Assembly: GCA_043732705.1 (NCBI GenBank)
Contig: JAYTHE010000016.1
Coordinates: 1 to 60,583 of the forward strand
Direction of reading: 5' to 3'
Origin: Candidatus Omnitrophota bacterium
GTDB lineage: Bacteria; Omnitrophota; Omnitrophia; Omnitrophales; Aquincolibacteriaceae
DNA: 60,583 nt
Part shown: positions 28,386-37,252 of the stretch, piece by piece
Layout: the number at the start of each line of letters is the position of its first letter
How positions within the stretch are numbered: position 1 is the first letter of the stretch
Made by a program: the position numbers and the translations under genes
The notes under the pieces: generated by a model
Told to the model about the DNA's origin: nothing
Database searches by the model: none
Seen by the model: only the letters and a program-made list of their open reading frames with translations

Positions 28386-29963
28386 AAAACTTACATTACA
28401 ACTCCGCTCTACTATGTCAATGCAAAACCGCATATCGGACATGCCTATACCAACGTGCTTTGCGATACTTTTGCGCGTTTTTTTCGAATTCATGATGGCA
28501 AGGAAAATGTTTTCTTTTTGACGGGTACAGATGAACACGGTACAAAAATTCAAAAGGCTGCGGAAGCACAGGGTAAAACTCCTAAAGTGTATGTGGATGA
28601 AGTGGTTCCGCTTTTTCAACATTTATGGACAGCACCGCTTTTAGATATTACTTATGATCGTTTTATCCGCACGACGGACGAAGACCATAAACGGATTGTT
28701 CAGAAAATCCTGCGTGATCTCGAAACTAAAGGCGACATCTATAAAGAAAAATACAAAGGCTGGTACTCCGTTCAGGACGAAAGTTTTTATACGGATACGC
28801 AGCTGCGCGAAGGCCTGCCGGAAGAAATTCAAAATACTTTGCAGGAAATCGAAGAAGAAAATTATTTCTTTAAGATGTCGAAGTATCAGCAGCCGTTGAT
28901 TGATTATATCAATTCGCATCCTGATTGGATCCAACCGGAGATGCGCCGTAACGAAATGCTGGGCTTTCTCAATAATCACACACTTGAAGACCTTTGTATT
29001 ACGCGTCCGCGCAAACGTCTGGAATGGGGTATTGATTATCCTGGTTCGTCGGATCACGTTGTTTACGTTTGGTTTGATGCGTTGATTAATTATGTCAGCG
29101 CGATCGGTTACGGAGAGGACGATAAGAAGTTCAAACAATGGTGGCCCGCGGTGCATGTGATCGGAAAAGATATTTTGCGCCAGCATGCCGTATTTTGGCC
29201 GATTATGTTGATGGCCATGGGCGTGGAAATGCCGAAGAAAATTTTAGCGCATGGCTGGTGGCGTATGGGCGGAGCAAAAATGTCCAAGTCGCTCGGTAAT
29301 GTCGTCGATCCGCTGGATATGATTACGAAATACGGCGCGGATGCCTTCCGCTTTTTTCTTTTACGTGAGGCGACTATGGGCTCCGACGGATCTTTTTCCG
29401 AAGAGCTCCTGCGCGAACGTTATGGTAGTGACTTGGCAAACGGTTTGGGAAATCTTTGGCACCGTTATGCATCGATGCTTGAAAAATACTTTGGCGGGAA
29501 AGTTCCGGAAGGCGAGCCGGATTGGAATATTCCGGTGTTGAGCAAGTCGGTTCAATTAGAAAAAACCGTGACGGAGTTGATGCGTGACTATAATCCCAAA
29601 GATGCATTGATTCATATTTTTGACGTGGTGACTTTGGCGAATCAATTTGTGGAAGAACGGAAGCCCTGGTCGTTGGCCAAAGATCCTGCTCAACTTATTT
29701 CTGCCTCTGGGTCTGCGGCTCAACCGGCGAAGCCAACCACCTTAGCGGAAACAATGATAGTTCTCACGGAAGTTTTAGCGCGCGTGGGATTTGTTTTACA
29801 GCCATTCTTGACGCGAACCGCGCCCAAGATTTTGACGCGCATGCATATCGCGCCAACCGTTCAAAGTGTTTCTGCTTCCAAGCGAGTCGTCAAACCCAAC
29901 GAGCCGGTTGAAAAGGGCGAACCGCTTTTCCCGCGCCTCGAAGATGAAACTCCAAAACCCTAA
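28377..29963 (+). CDS. metG: Methionine--tRNA ligase (short form)
   Basis: YITTPLYY, HIGH, YVWFDAL, KMSKS. Confidence 0.96.
   Translation: MAAKTYITTPLYYVNAKPHIGHAYTNVLCDTFARFFRIHDGKENVFFLTGTDEHGTKIQKAAEAQGKTPKVYVDEVVPLFQHLWTAPLLDITYDRFIRTTDEDHKRIVQKILRDLETKGDIYKEKYKGWYSVQDESFYTDTQLREGLPEEIQNTLQEIEEENYFFKMSKYQQPLIDYINSHPDWIQPEMRRNEMLGFLNNHTLEDLCITRPRKRLEWGIDYPGSSDHVVYVWFDALINYVSAIGYGEDDKKFKQWWPAVHVIGKDILRQHAVFWPIMLMAMGVEMPKKILAHGWWRMGGAKMSKSLGNVVDPLDMITKYGADAFRFFLLREATMGSDGSFSEELLRERYGSDLANGLGNLWHRYASMLEKYFGGKVPEGEPDWNIPVLSKSVQLEKTVTELMRDYNPKDALIHIFDVVTLANQFVEERKPWSLAKDPAQLISASGSAAQPAKPTTLAETMIVLTEVLARVGFVLQPFLTRTAPKILTRMHIAPTVQSVSASKRVVKPNEPVEKGEPLFPRLEDETPKP
29704..29727 (+). repeat. Family A repeat in metG
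   Basis: CCTC-TGGGTC-TGC-GGCTCA-ACCGG, encodes ASGSAAQPA. Confidence 0.85.
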
Positions 29964-31029
29964 GCTCGCCGCGGCGTTTGATTTTGTCTGCCGCGAAAGA
30001 ATTTATTTTTTTGTTCTTGTCCTGACACTTGTACTTCTGGCATTTAATCATTTTCAATCCATTGCCGTAGAAGCCGCTTCATCCTCGGCGGTTGATCAAC
30101 TTGAGCAGGCCTCACGAACTTGGGGAGAAGCACATGAAGGGGTGGGGGCGTGGATTCAACTTTTTCAGACACGGCCGGCTGCGGTTATAGTTTGTTTGTG
30201 TTTGATGGTGCTTTTTACGAGCCTGTTTTTAGGTGGTTTGGTCATTCTAGTTTCGGTGTCGATGATTCCAAGGTTCTACCGCTGGTTTCAAAATGTGGTT
30301 TTGCGTTCACCGGAACCGGAATGGAAGCCGGTACTTTTTTTCAGGGTGCTCATTTTGATTTTTTCTTTTTTGCTGTCTTCCGCGACCTTGATCGAGACTT
30401 TTTTTGGCGGCAATGCGGCCAATGAAAATTGGATTGGGCTCTTTCATACACTTTTGATTGATGTCTTTGCCTGTTTCGCCGTTCTGGCGGTTTTAAAAGC
30501 CGATGGCCTGATGACTTGGTCCCAATTGATTGGGCAACCGCCAGGAAGCCGCCTGAGCGAGATTAAACGTGGTTTAACGGTGTATACGGCGGCCTTTCCA
30601 ATTTTTATTTCCGGATTAGTTCTAGTTCTGGGTATTTCACAATGGCTGCACTATGAACCGCCGCCGCATCCGTTGATTAAAATTTTTGTCGAAGAAGAGT
30701 CGCGCTCACCGTTTATTTTTCAATTTGCTTTGATACTTGCCACAATCGGCGCACCGATTTTTGAGGAGATTTTTTTCCGAGGATTTTGTTACCGGGTTTT
30801 TCGAAGCTGGTGGGGCGTTCAGGGTGCGATGCTGATGAGTGCCGCTTTTTTCGCGGGAATTCACGGTTCGGGATTTGCTTTTTTTCCGATTTTTATTTTA
30901 GGTATGGCGCTGGCCTGGCTGTATGAAAAACGCGGCAGTTTGACCGCCTGCTGGACTTTTCATGTTTTGCACAATATTCTGTTCACCGGCTATTTTTTCG
31001 CGATCAAGGCTTTAATAGGAAACTCATAA
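29944..31029 (+). CDS. CPBP/CAAX intramembrane metalloprotease
   Basis: PIFEEIFFRG, FAGIH, HVLHN; multiple TMs. Confidence 0.9.
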   Translation: MKLQNPKLAAAFDFVCRERIYFFVLVLTLVLLAFNHFQSIAVEAASSSAVDQLEQASRTWGEAHEGVGAWIQLFQTRPAAVIVCLCLMVLFTSLFLGGLVILVSVSMIPRFYRWFQNVVLRSPEPEWKPVLFFRVLILIFSFLLSSATLIETFFGGNAANENWIGLFHTLLIDVFACFAVLAVLKADGLMTWSQLIGQPPGSRLSEIKRGLTVYTAAFPIFISGLVLVLGISQWLHYEPPPHPLIKIFVEEESRSPFIFQFALILATIGAPIFEEIFFRGFCYRVFRSWWGVQGAMLMSAAFFAGIHGSGFAFFPIFILGMALAWLYEKRGSLTACWTFHVLHNILFTGYFFAIKALIGNS

Positions 31030-31946
31030 TGGATGAATTTGAATGGATTGAGTGGATCAGTAAAAAAGCCGGCAAACCTCCGCAAGGCTGGATCGGTATC
31101 GGTGACGATGCGGCAGTTTTTCCGCGTCCGCGCCGGAACTCGGCGATTGCAACCGATGTGATTGTGGAAGGCGTCGACTTTGACCATTTGGTTAAACCTC
31201 AAGATGCCGGGCATAAAGCGCTGGCCATTAACTTAAGTGATATGGCGGCAATGGGCACCAAGCCCACGGCGTTTTTAATGACGCTTGGTGTGAACGATGC
31301 TTGGAACGGCAAGCGTTTAAAGAGCTTTTTATCGGGTGTTTTTCAATTGGCACGCAAGCATAAAATAACCTGTGTTGGCGGCGATATGACCTCGGCCCGC
31401 CAATTTTTTTGCAGTATTACGGTTTGGGGTGAAATGGCGGGGCGCAGGCCGATCAGCCGGTCAGGTGCGCGGCCCGATGATTTGATTATGACAACCGGTA
31501 CTTTTGGCGGATCCATTTTGAAAAAGCATTATGCGTTTACGCCGCGTACAGCCGAATCTATTTGGTTGTCGCGCCACTTTCCGCCTTCCGCGATGATTGA
31601 TGTCTCTGACGGTTTGATGCAGGACTTAAAGCATATTTTAAAAGACTCGCGCTGTGGAGCACGGATTGAATTGGATGCAATTCCTGTTTCAAAAGATTCG
31701 CGGGTAAAGCATAAAACAAAAGCCGGCGCGTTAAACGGCGCGCTTTCGGACGGAGAAGACTTTGAGCTTTTGTTTACGGTCCGGCCGCAAATGCTGCCGC
31801 GTCTTGCGGCACGCTGGAAAAAATCTTTTCCCAAAACGCCGCTGGCAAGCATTGGACGCATTACGCCTGGAGCATCGCGGGTCAGTTTTTTTCAAAAAGG
31901 GAAGCAGATCCAATTTAAACCCAAACCGGGATTCAGGCATTTCTAG
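31029..31946 (+). CDS. thiL: Thiamine-monophosphate kinase
   Basis: GIGDDAA, NLSDMAAMG, IDVSDGL, DGEDFEL. Confidence 0.95.
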   Translation: MDEFEWIEWISKKAGKPPQGWIGIGDDAAVFPRPRRNSAIATDVIVEGVDFDHLVKPQDAGHKALAINLSDMAAMGTKPTAFLMTLGVNDAWNGKRLKSFLSGVFQLARKHKITCVGGDMTSARQFFCSITVWGEMAGRRPISRSGARPDDLIMTTGTFGGSILKKHYAFTPRTAESIWLSRHFPPSAMIDVSDGLMQDLKHILKDSRCGARIELDAIPVSKDSRVKHKTKAGALNGALSDGEDFELLFTVRPQMLPRLAARWKKSFPKTPLASIGRITPGASRVSFFQKGKQIQFKPKPGFRHF

Positions 31947-32039
31947 CGGTTCTTAATAATCTAAATTGGGTTATTCCAATTTCAAATATTACTCACCGCT
32001 GTGCCGATTTTCTCAGAATTATTAAAAGAAAGAGGCCTG

Positions 32040-32465
32040 ATGGATAGAGTTATTGCACATTCAGCGCGGGAGACAATGACCTGGGCGCATCAATTTGCTG
32101 CAACGCTTAAAGCGGGCGATATCATTTGCTTGCACGGTGATTTGGGCGCTGGGAAAACAACATTTGTAAAGGGCTTGGCGGAAGGATTAGGACTTTTAAA
32201 AACAGAACATGTGACCAGTCCAACTTTTGTGATTATGCATCGCTATACCTGCCGCATTCCGCTTTATCATTTTGATTGCTACCGCATGAAGTCCCCGGAA
32301 GATTTAACCGCGGTTGGTTTTGAAGAGTTTCTCTATTCAGGCGGCGGCGTGGCCTGTATTGAATGGCCGGAAAAAGCGGGGAATTTAATCCCTCCCGGCA
32401 GCACGCATATTTATCTTGAGCATCAAGGGGAAAATACCCGGCGAATTCGATTAGAAAAGGAGTAA
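32040..32465 (+). CDS. tsaE: tRNA t6A biosynthesis ATPase TsaE
   Basis: GDLGAGKTTF, SPTF, HFDCYR, IEW. Confidence 0.95.
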   Translation: MDRVIAHSARETMTWAHQFAATLKAGDIICLHGDLGAGKTTFVKGLAEGLGLLKTEHVTSPTFVIMHRYTCRIPLYHFDCYRMKSPEDLTAVGFEEFLYSGGGVACIEWPEKAGNLIPPGSTHIYLEHQGENTRRIRLEKE

Positions 32466-32515
32466 TATTTTTTTATCTCGAAATATAATTAATTTTCATA
32501 TATATTATAGTATAT

Positions 32516-33202
32516 ATGAAAATAACAGAATGGCTCCCTGGAGAACGCCCTAGGGAAAAACTAGTCCAAAACGGCGCCGGACAATTGTCGGATGCGGAAT
32601 TGCTGGCGGTTTTATTTGGAACGGGAGTACGTGGCGTCAATTGTGTGGATTGGGCGCGCGCATGTTTATCGAAAGCGAATGGGCTTTATCCGTTTTTTAA
32701 TCTTGAGCCCAAAGCATTAATGGCCTTGCCCGGAATGGGTTTCGCTCGCGCCGCGCAGATTATGGCAGTCAAGGAAATTGCCGCACGGTTTGTGCGGGCC
32801 AAGCTTTCTCCCAAAACAATTGTGCGTGATCCGGAAATCCTCGCGGATTACTTGCGTTTGTCGCTTGGAAGCCAGAAACGCGAAAAGTTTCGTGTCTTTT
32901 TTTTAAATAAGAAACTCGAGATTTTAGATGAGCAGGATTTGTTCGCGGGCACCATTGATGAAACGCCGGTTTATCCGCGTGAAATTATCGAGCAAGCGTT
33001 AAACTGCCGCGCGACGGCAATCATTCTCGCGCATAATCATCCCTCGGGACGTTTACAGCCGAGTCCTGAAGATATTCGCGTCACCGAAAAAATAGTCGCT
33101 GCCTGCGCTTTGATTAGCGTGCGCGTGATGGATCATGTGATTGTCGGAACAGAAGGGTACTACAGCTTTAGCCATGAAGGGATTCTACCCAGGTCGTGCT
33201 GA
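32516..33202 (+). CDS. radC: RadC/JAB-domain protein
   Basis: ERPREKL, LSDAELLA, HNHPSG..PSPED, DHVI. Confidence 0.93.
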   Translation: MKITEWLPGERPREKLVQNGAGQLSDAELLAVLFGTGVRGVNCVDWARACLSKANGLYPFFNLEPKALMALPGMGFARAAQIMAVKEIAARFVRAKLSPKTIVRDPEILADYLRLSLGSQKREKFRVFFLNKKLEILDEQDLFAGTIDETPVYPREIIEQALNCRATAIILAHNHPSGRLQPSPEDIRVTEKIVAACALISVRVMDHVIVGTEGYYSFSHEGILPRSC

Positions 33203-33204
33203 CC

Positions 33205-33903
33205 TTAGAAATCGTCCGGGACCTTCAAAATTCGGACAAAAGCGTCTAAATCTGAAAAATCAGGAAAACGGTGATGCGGACGTATTTCTAGGAAATCATT
33301 GCCGCGTGTCGAACCTGTGTCCATTCCGACGCTGCGCAGTTTAAGAGTATGCGCGGCAGCCACATCATGACGCGTGTCGCCGATCACAAATGTTTTCTTT
33401 TTTGAAAATTTCCGGCCGAATTGATTTTCCGCGGCATGTAGCGCGTCGCTTAAAATCCCGGTACGATCCGTATGATTTAAACCGAAACCGCCGCAGCGAA
33501 AATAATTATGCAGCCGCACTTTGCGCAATTTAATCCAGGATACTTTTTCAATATTACCGGTGGCGACCGCAAGGTGAACATGGGGTAAATCGGAAAGATA
33601 TTCGAGCAGTTTAAACGCTCCCGGCATGGTTCGAAAATAGATCGAACGTTCCGCCTCTTCCGAGAAGTAAAGGGCATACCTTTCAGAGAGCTGAACCCAC
33701 TCTTCAGCTTTGAGCTTTCTCCCTATACAACGGACAGCAATTTCATTAAAAATCAACAGGTCTGTTTTACCATCGGGGAAAGTTTCGCCCCAGGCGTTGG
33801 AAACCCCAAACATTTTCTCAAAAGCACGGTCAATTGCTACTTTTCCGCAGCCGCCGGTTGAGAGTAAAGTTCCGTCAATGTCGAACAAAAGAAGATAGCT
33901 CAT
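33205..33903 (-). CDS. HAD-family hydrolase
   Basis: LFDIDGTL, ATGN, IGDTRHDV. Confidence 0.9.
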   Translation of the reverse strand: MSYLLLFDIDGTLLSTGGCGKVAIDRAFEKMFGVSNAWGETFPDGKTDLLIFNEIAVRCIGRKLKAEEWVQLSERYALYFSEEAERSIYFRTMPGAFKLLEYLSDLPHVHLAVATGNIEKVSWIKLRKVRLHNYFRCGGFGLNHTDRTGILSDALHAAENQFGRKFSKKKTFVIGDTRHDVAAAHTLKLRSVGMDTGSTRGNDFLEIRPHHRFPDFSDLDAFVRILKVPDDF

Positions 33904-33963
33904 GAAACAAAACTATAACTGATGAAAGCGGACAGGAAAAGAAAAACTAATGGGAGGGGATTG

Positions 33964-33984
33964 CTGGTTGAGCTTGCTCAGAAG
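33964..33984 (-). repeat. Family A repeat, minus strand
   Basis: Reverse complement reads CTTC-TGAGC-AA-GCTCA-ACCAG; lies between two minus-strand genes. Confidence 0.7.
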
Positions 33985-34000
33985 CAAAAAGTAACGACAG

Positions 34001-34028
34001 AAAAGGCCTGATGTTTCCATCAGGCCTT
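34001..34028 (-). terminator. Terminator of the Lys-rich micro-gene
   Basis: AAGGCCTGATG-TTTC-CATCAGGCCTT hairpin with a short T run on the minus strand. Confidence 0.7.
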
Positions 34029-34048
34029 CAAAAAATAACTTCGAGAAG

Positions 34049-34114
34049 TTATTTTCTCTTTTTGCCAGCTGTCTTCTTAGCTGCTTTTTTCTTTGCTTTT
34101 TTCTTGGCTGCCAT
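34049..34114 (-). CDS. 21-aa Lys/Ala-rich microprotein (not in ORF track)
   Basis: MAAKKKAKKKAAKKTAGKKRK; SD GAAAGGAG 8 nt upstream; own terminator. Confidence 0.8.
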   Translation of the reverse strand: MAAKKKAKKKAAKKTAGKKRK

Positions 34115-34312
34115 GTTGATTGCTCCTTTCAACGAATTAACTTTCGTTATTCGTTTATCGTCCATTTTGGAGTTTCTTTAACACTGTTTTGTAGTTTAGC
34201 CGATGATTGATGATGATTGCAAATTAAAAATGCGATTTTTTAAAAAAAGTTTTGTGTCATAATCTTGCGGCAGATAAATCAAAATCGATTGTTTTTAATA
34301 AACGGAAAGCAT

Positions 34313-35530
34313 TTGATACATTTTAATTTTAGAAATTCTAAGAATCAGGTCGCATTGCTTGCTGCGGTGATTTACTTTATTCAAGGCGCGCTCGGAATTT
34401 CCGCGGTGGCTGTACCGATTTATTTCCGCCGCTTAGGTTGGAGCATCGCGGATATCACCGTTGTTTCTTCGCTGACATCTCTGCCGTGGGTGTTTAAGGT
34501 TTTTTATGGTTTTCTTTCGGATAGTTTTCCGATCGCAGGTTATCGCCGCAAAAGCTATTTGTTTTTTTATTTGCTGTGTTCCATTTTAGGCTGGTGTGCG
34601 TTTGCCTTTTGGGGAACGGATAAGAAAAGTATCGTTTTTGCGCTTTGGGTAGCGAACTTGGGTTTTGCCGGTACCGATGTTATTACAGACGGATTAGTAG
34701 TTGAGCATTCGGATTCGGAATGGGGGCGCATTTACCAAAGTGTCTCTTGGGGGTTTCGCAGTTTAGGGTCAATAGTCACGGGTTTATTGGGAGGTTGGCT
34801 GGTTTTGCATTTTGATCCGCGAGTGATCTTCCTGATCACCGCTTTTTTGCCGCTTTTAGCGCTGCCTTTTGTTTGTATTTTAGCGGAACAGCCTTATTTA
34901 AAGACCCATTTGTCTCTCGACCGGCAGGCTCAATTAAAAACCATTGCTCGTTTTTGTTTGACCCGGCAAAACCTCTTTTTTATTCTTTTTCTTGCCGCAA
35001 GTTCAAGTTCGGTCCTTTTCGGCACGCCGTTTTTCTTTTATATGAAAGAGAAACTTTTTTTCAAAGATGATTATTTAGGTTTTCTGATCAGCTTGGGTTG
35101 GGCGGGCGCGGCAATCGGCAGTGTAGTTTTTTTACTTTGGATGAAAAAAGTTTCCATGAAAAAACTATTTTATGCGGTTGTCTTTTTAAATGCGTTGAAT
35201 GTTTTAAGTACTTATGCCGTACGCGGTGTCGATTCCGCGGCCTGGCTGGTGTTTGTTGGCGGCATCGTTGCCGGAATGATGCTTTTGCCGCTGATGGCCG
35301 GTGCGGCGGTGGTGACTGCGGGAACGGGCGTGGAAGGAACTTTGTTTGCGCTTTTGATGGGACTGTATAATTTGGCGCAAATCGCGTGGGGTTTTTTGGG
35401 AGGGAAATGGCTCCCATTTTTTGGAATTTGGGGATTGGTAGCGCTCGCGACCGTGATTCAACTTTCCGCTTTTCTTTTAATTCCGCATATGGATACAAAA
35501 AAATTCGAGACTCCCGCATCCTCTGATTGA
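34313..35530 (+). CDS. MFS transporter, BT1/folate-biopterin-like
   Basis: YFIQG, LPWVFKVFYGFLSDSFPIAGYRRKSY, DVITDG; about 12 TMs; start uncertain. Confidence 0.82.
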   Translation: MIHFNFRNSKNQVALLAAVIYFIQGALGISAVAVPIYFRRLGWSIADITVVSSLTSLPWVFKVFYGFLSDSFPIAGYRRKSYLFFYLLCSILGWCAFAFWGTDKKSIVFALWVANLGFAGTDVITDGLVVEHSDSEWGRIYQSVSWGFRSLGSIVTGLLGGWLVLHFDPRVIFLITAFLPLLALPFVCILAEQPYLKTHLSLDRQAQLKTIARFCLTRQNLFFILFLAASSSSVLFGTPFFFYMKEKLFFKDDYLGFLISLGWAGAAIGSVVFLLWMKKVSMKKLFYAVVFLNALNVLSTYAVRGVDSAAWLVFVGGIVAGMMLLPLMAGAAVVTAGTGVEGTLFALLMGLYNLAQIAWGFLGGKWLPFFGIWGLVALATVIQLSAFLLIPHMDTKKFETPASSD

Positions 35531-35560
35531 TATTCGTCCGACTGCTCGGTACAATTCAGC

Positions 35561-37207
35561 ATGCCTTTGATTTATTTAATTCTTTTTGTTTTAGTAATTT
35601 TTCTTGCGGGATACTTTCTCAATGTGCGTTTTTTGAAACGGCATTTTGAACTCGACCCCCACAAAGCAACACCCGCCAGCCAGGTCAATGACGGCGTCGA
35701 TTTCGTTCCCACGCCCAAGTTTTTTCTTTTAGGCCAGCATTTTTCTGCGATTGCCGCCGCCGGGCCGATTGTGGGGCCGGTGCTTGCGGGCGTATGGTTC
35801 GGATGGCTGCCGGTTTTATGCTGGATTGTGGGCGGCGCGATTTTCTTCGGGGCTTTCCACGATTTCTCAACCATGATCAGTTCCGTGCGTAACCGCGCGA
35901 CATCCATTGTGGAGATGGTGCGTGAATTATTCGGCCCGCACGGGCATTTGCTTTTTACCGCTTTTGTATGGTTGTCATTGATGTACGTGATTACGGCATT
36001 TACCGATCTTACTTCGGGGTCCTTTGCTGAGCCGGAACTCGGCGGCGGAGTTGCCGCGTCATCCTTACTTTACTTATTGATCGGTGTTGTGATGGGCTTT
36101 GCGTTGAAACATTTCAAGATGAAGCTGGGAATCGCCACCCCGTTCTTTATCGCATTAGTTTGCCTTTCAATTTGGTACGGACAAAAAATCCCGTTGAAAA
36201 TTCCGCCATGCGGGCCTTTTACATCCCAGCAAATGTGGAATTTTGTTTTGATTGCTTATTGCGGAGTAGCATCTGTTTTGCCGGTATGGTCGCTTTTGCA
36301 GCCGCGCGGATATTTGGGGGGATTTTTTCTTTACGCCACTTTAGTTGCGGGGCTCATCGGACTTTTCATCGGTGGTGAGCCCGTGCGATATCCCGCGTTC
36401 ATTGGCTGGACAAGCGCGCAGGGCATGCCGCTCTTTCCGGTGCTTTTTGTGACCGTTGCCTGCGGTGCCTGTTCAGGTTTTCATGGGCTGGTGAGTTCGG
36501 GCACAACCTCGAAACAAATCGAAAAGGAAACCGATTGTGGCTGCGTGGGATACGGCGGAATGATTTTAGAGGGTGTAGTTGCGATTTTAGCTTTAGCGAC
36601 TGTAATGATTTTGGCGAAAGGCGATGCGTTGACGGGCGCATCACCTGATCGGATTTATGCCGAGGGGCTGAGCCGGTTTGTCGGCCATCTGGGCTTGCCG
36701 CGTGAATTTGTCCGGTCTTTCGTATTGCTGGCGTTCACGACATTTATATATGACACATTAGATGTTGCCACGCGTCTCGCACGTTATCTTTTTCAGGAGG
36801 CATTGCGTTGGAAAGAAAACCAGGGACGGCTATTTTCAACCTGTTTATCGCTTCTGATCCCGTTGATCTGTGTTTCGATGCGTGTCACGGATTCCGCGGG
36901 AAATGTCGTCCCGGCCTGGAAAGTTTTTTGGGCGGTGTTCGGAACTTCCAATCAGCTGCTGGCGGCTTTTTCGCTCTTTGCGATTGCGATTTGGATGAAA
37001 AAAATCGGCAAAAATTTTTGGCTGGCCGTGATTCCCATGATTTTTCTTTTAGTCATCACAGTATGGTCATTTGGCCGCATGATTACGACTTCGCTTGCGC
37101 GCGGCGGGCTTGATTTGCCGGCCTGGATCGCGGTTGTTTTATTGTGCTTGGCCGCCTTTCTCATAGCGGAATCCCTGCGTTTCTCCTTCTTTAAGCAAAA
37201 AGCCTGA
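35561..37207 (+). CDS. cstA: Carbon starvation protein A family transporter
   Basis: DGVDFVP, HFSAIAAAGPIVGP, ACGACSGFH, GYGGMILEG, FGTSNQLLA. Confidence 0.93.
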   Translation: MPLIYLILFVLVIFLAGYFLNVRFLKRHFELDPHKATPASQVNDGVDFVPTPKFFLLGQHFSAIAAAGPIVGPVLAGVWFGWLPVLCWIVGGAIFFGAFHDFSTMISSVRNRATSIVEMVRELFGPHGHLLFTAFVWLSLMYVITAFTDLTSGSFAEPELGGGVAASSLLYLLIGVVMGFALKHFKMKLGIATPFFIALVCLSIWYGQKIPLKIPPCGPFTSQQMWNFVLIAYCGVASVLPVWSLLQPRGYLGGFFLYATLVAGLIGLFIGGEPVRYPAFIGWTSAQGMPLFPVLFVTVACGACSGFHGLVSSGTTSKQIEKETDCGCVGYGGMILEGVVAILALATVMILAKGDALTGASPDRIYAEGLSRFVGHLGLPREFVRSFVLLAFTTFIYDTLDVATRLARYLFQEALRWKENQGRLFSTCLSLLIPLICVSMRVTDSAGNVVPAWKVFWAVFGTSNQLLAAFSLFAIAIWMKKIGKNFWLAVIPMIFLLVITVWSFGRMITTSLARGGLDLPAWIAVVLLCLAAFLIAESLRFSFFKQKA

Positions 37208-37252
37208 TCTTGTTTCTTGTTCGAAGACGGTAGTGCCTTTATAATTCCTCCC

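Noticed and set aside
32516-33202. radC as a marker of a mobile element
   Set aside because: Full-length form among housekeeping genes; no integrase or att sites nearby
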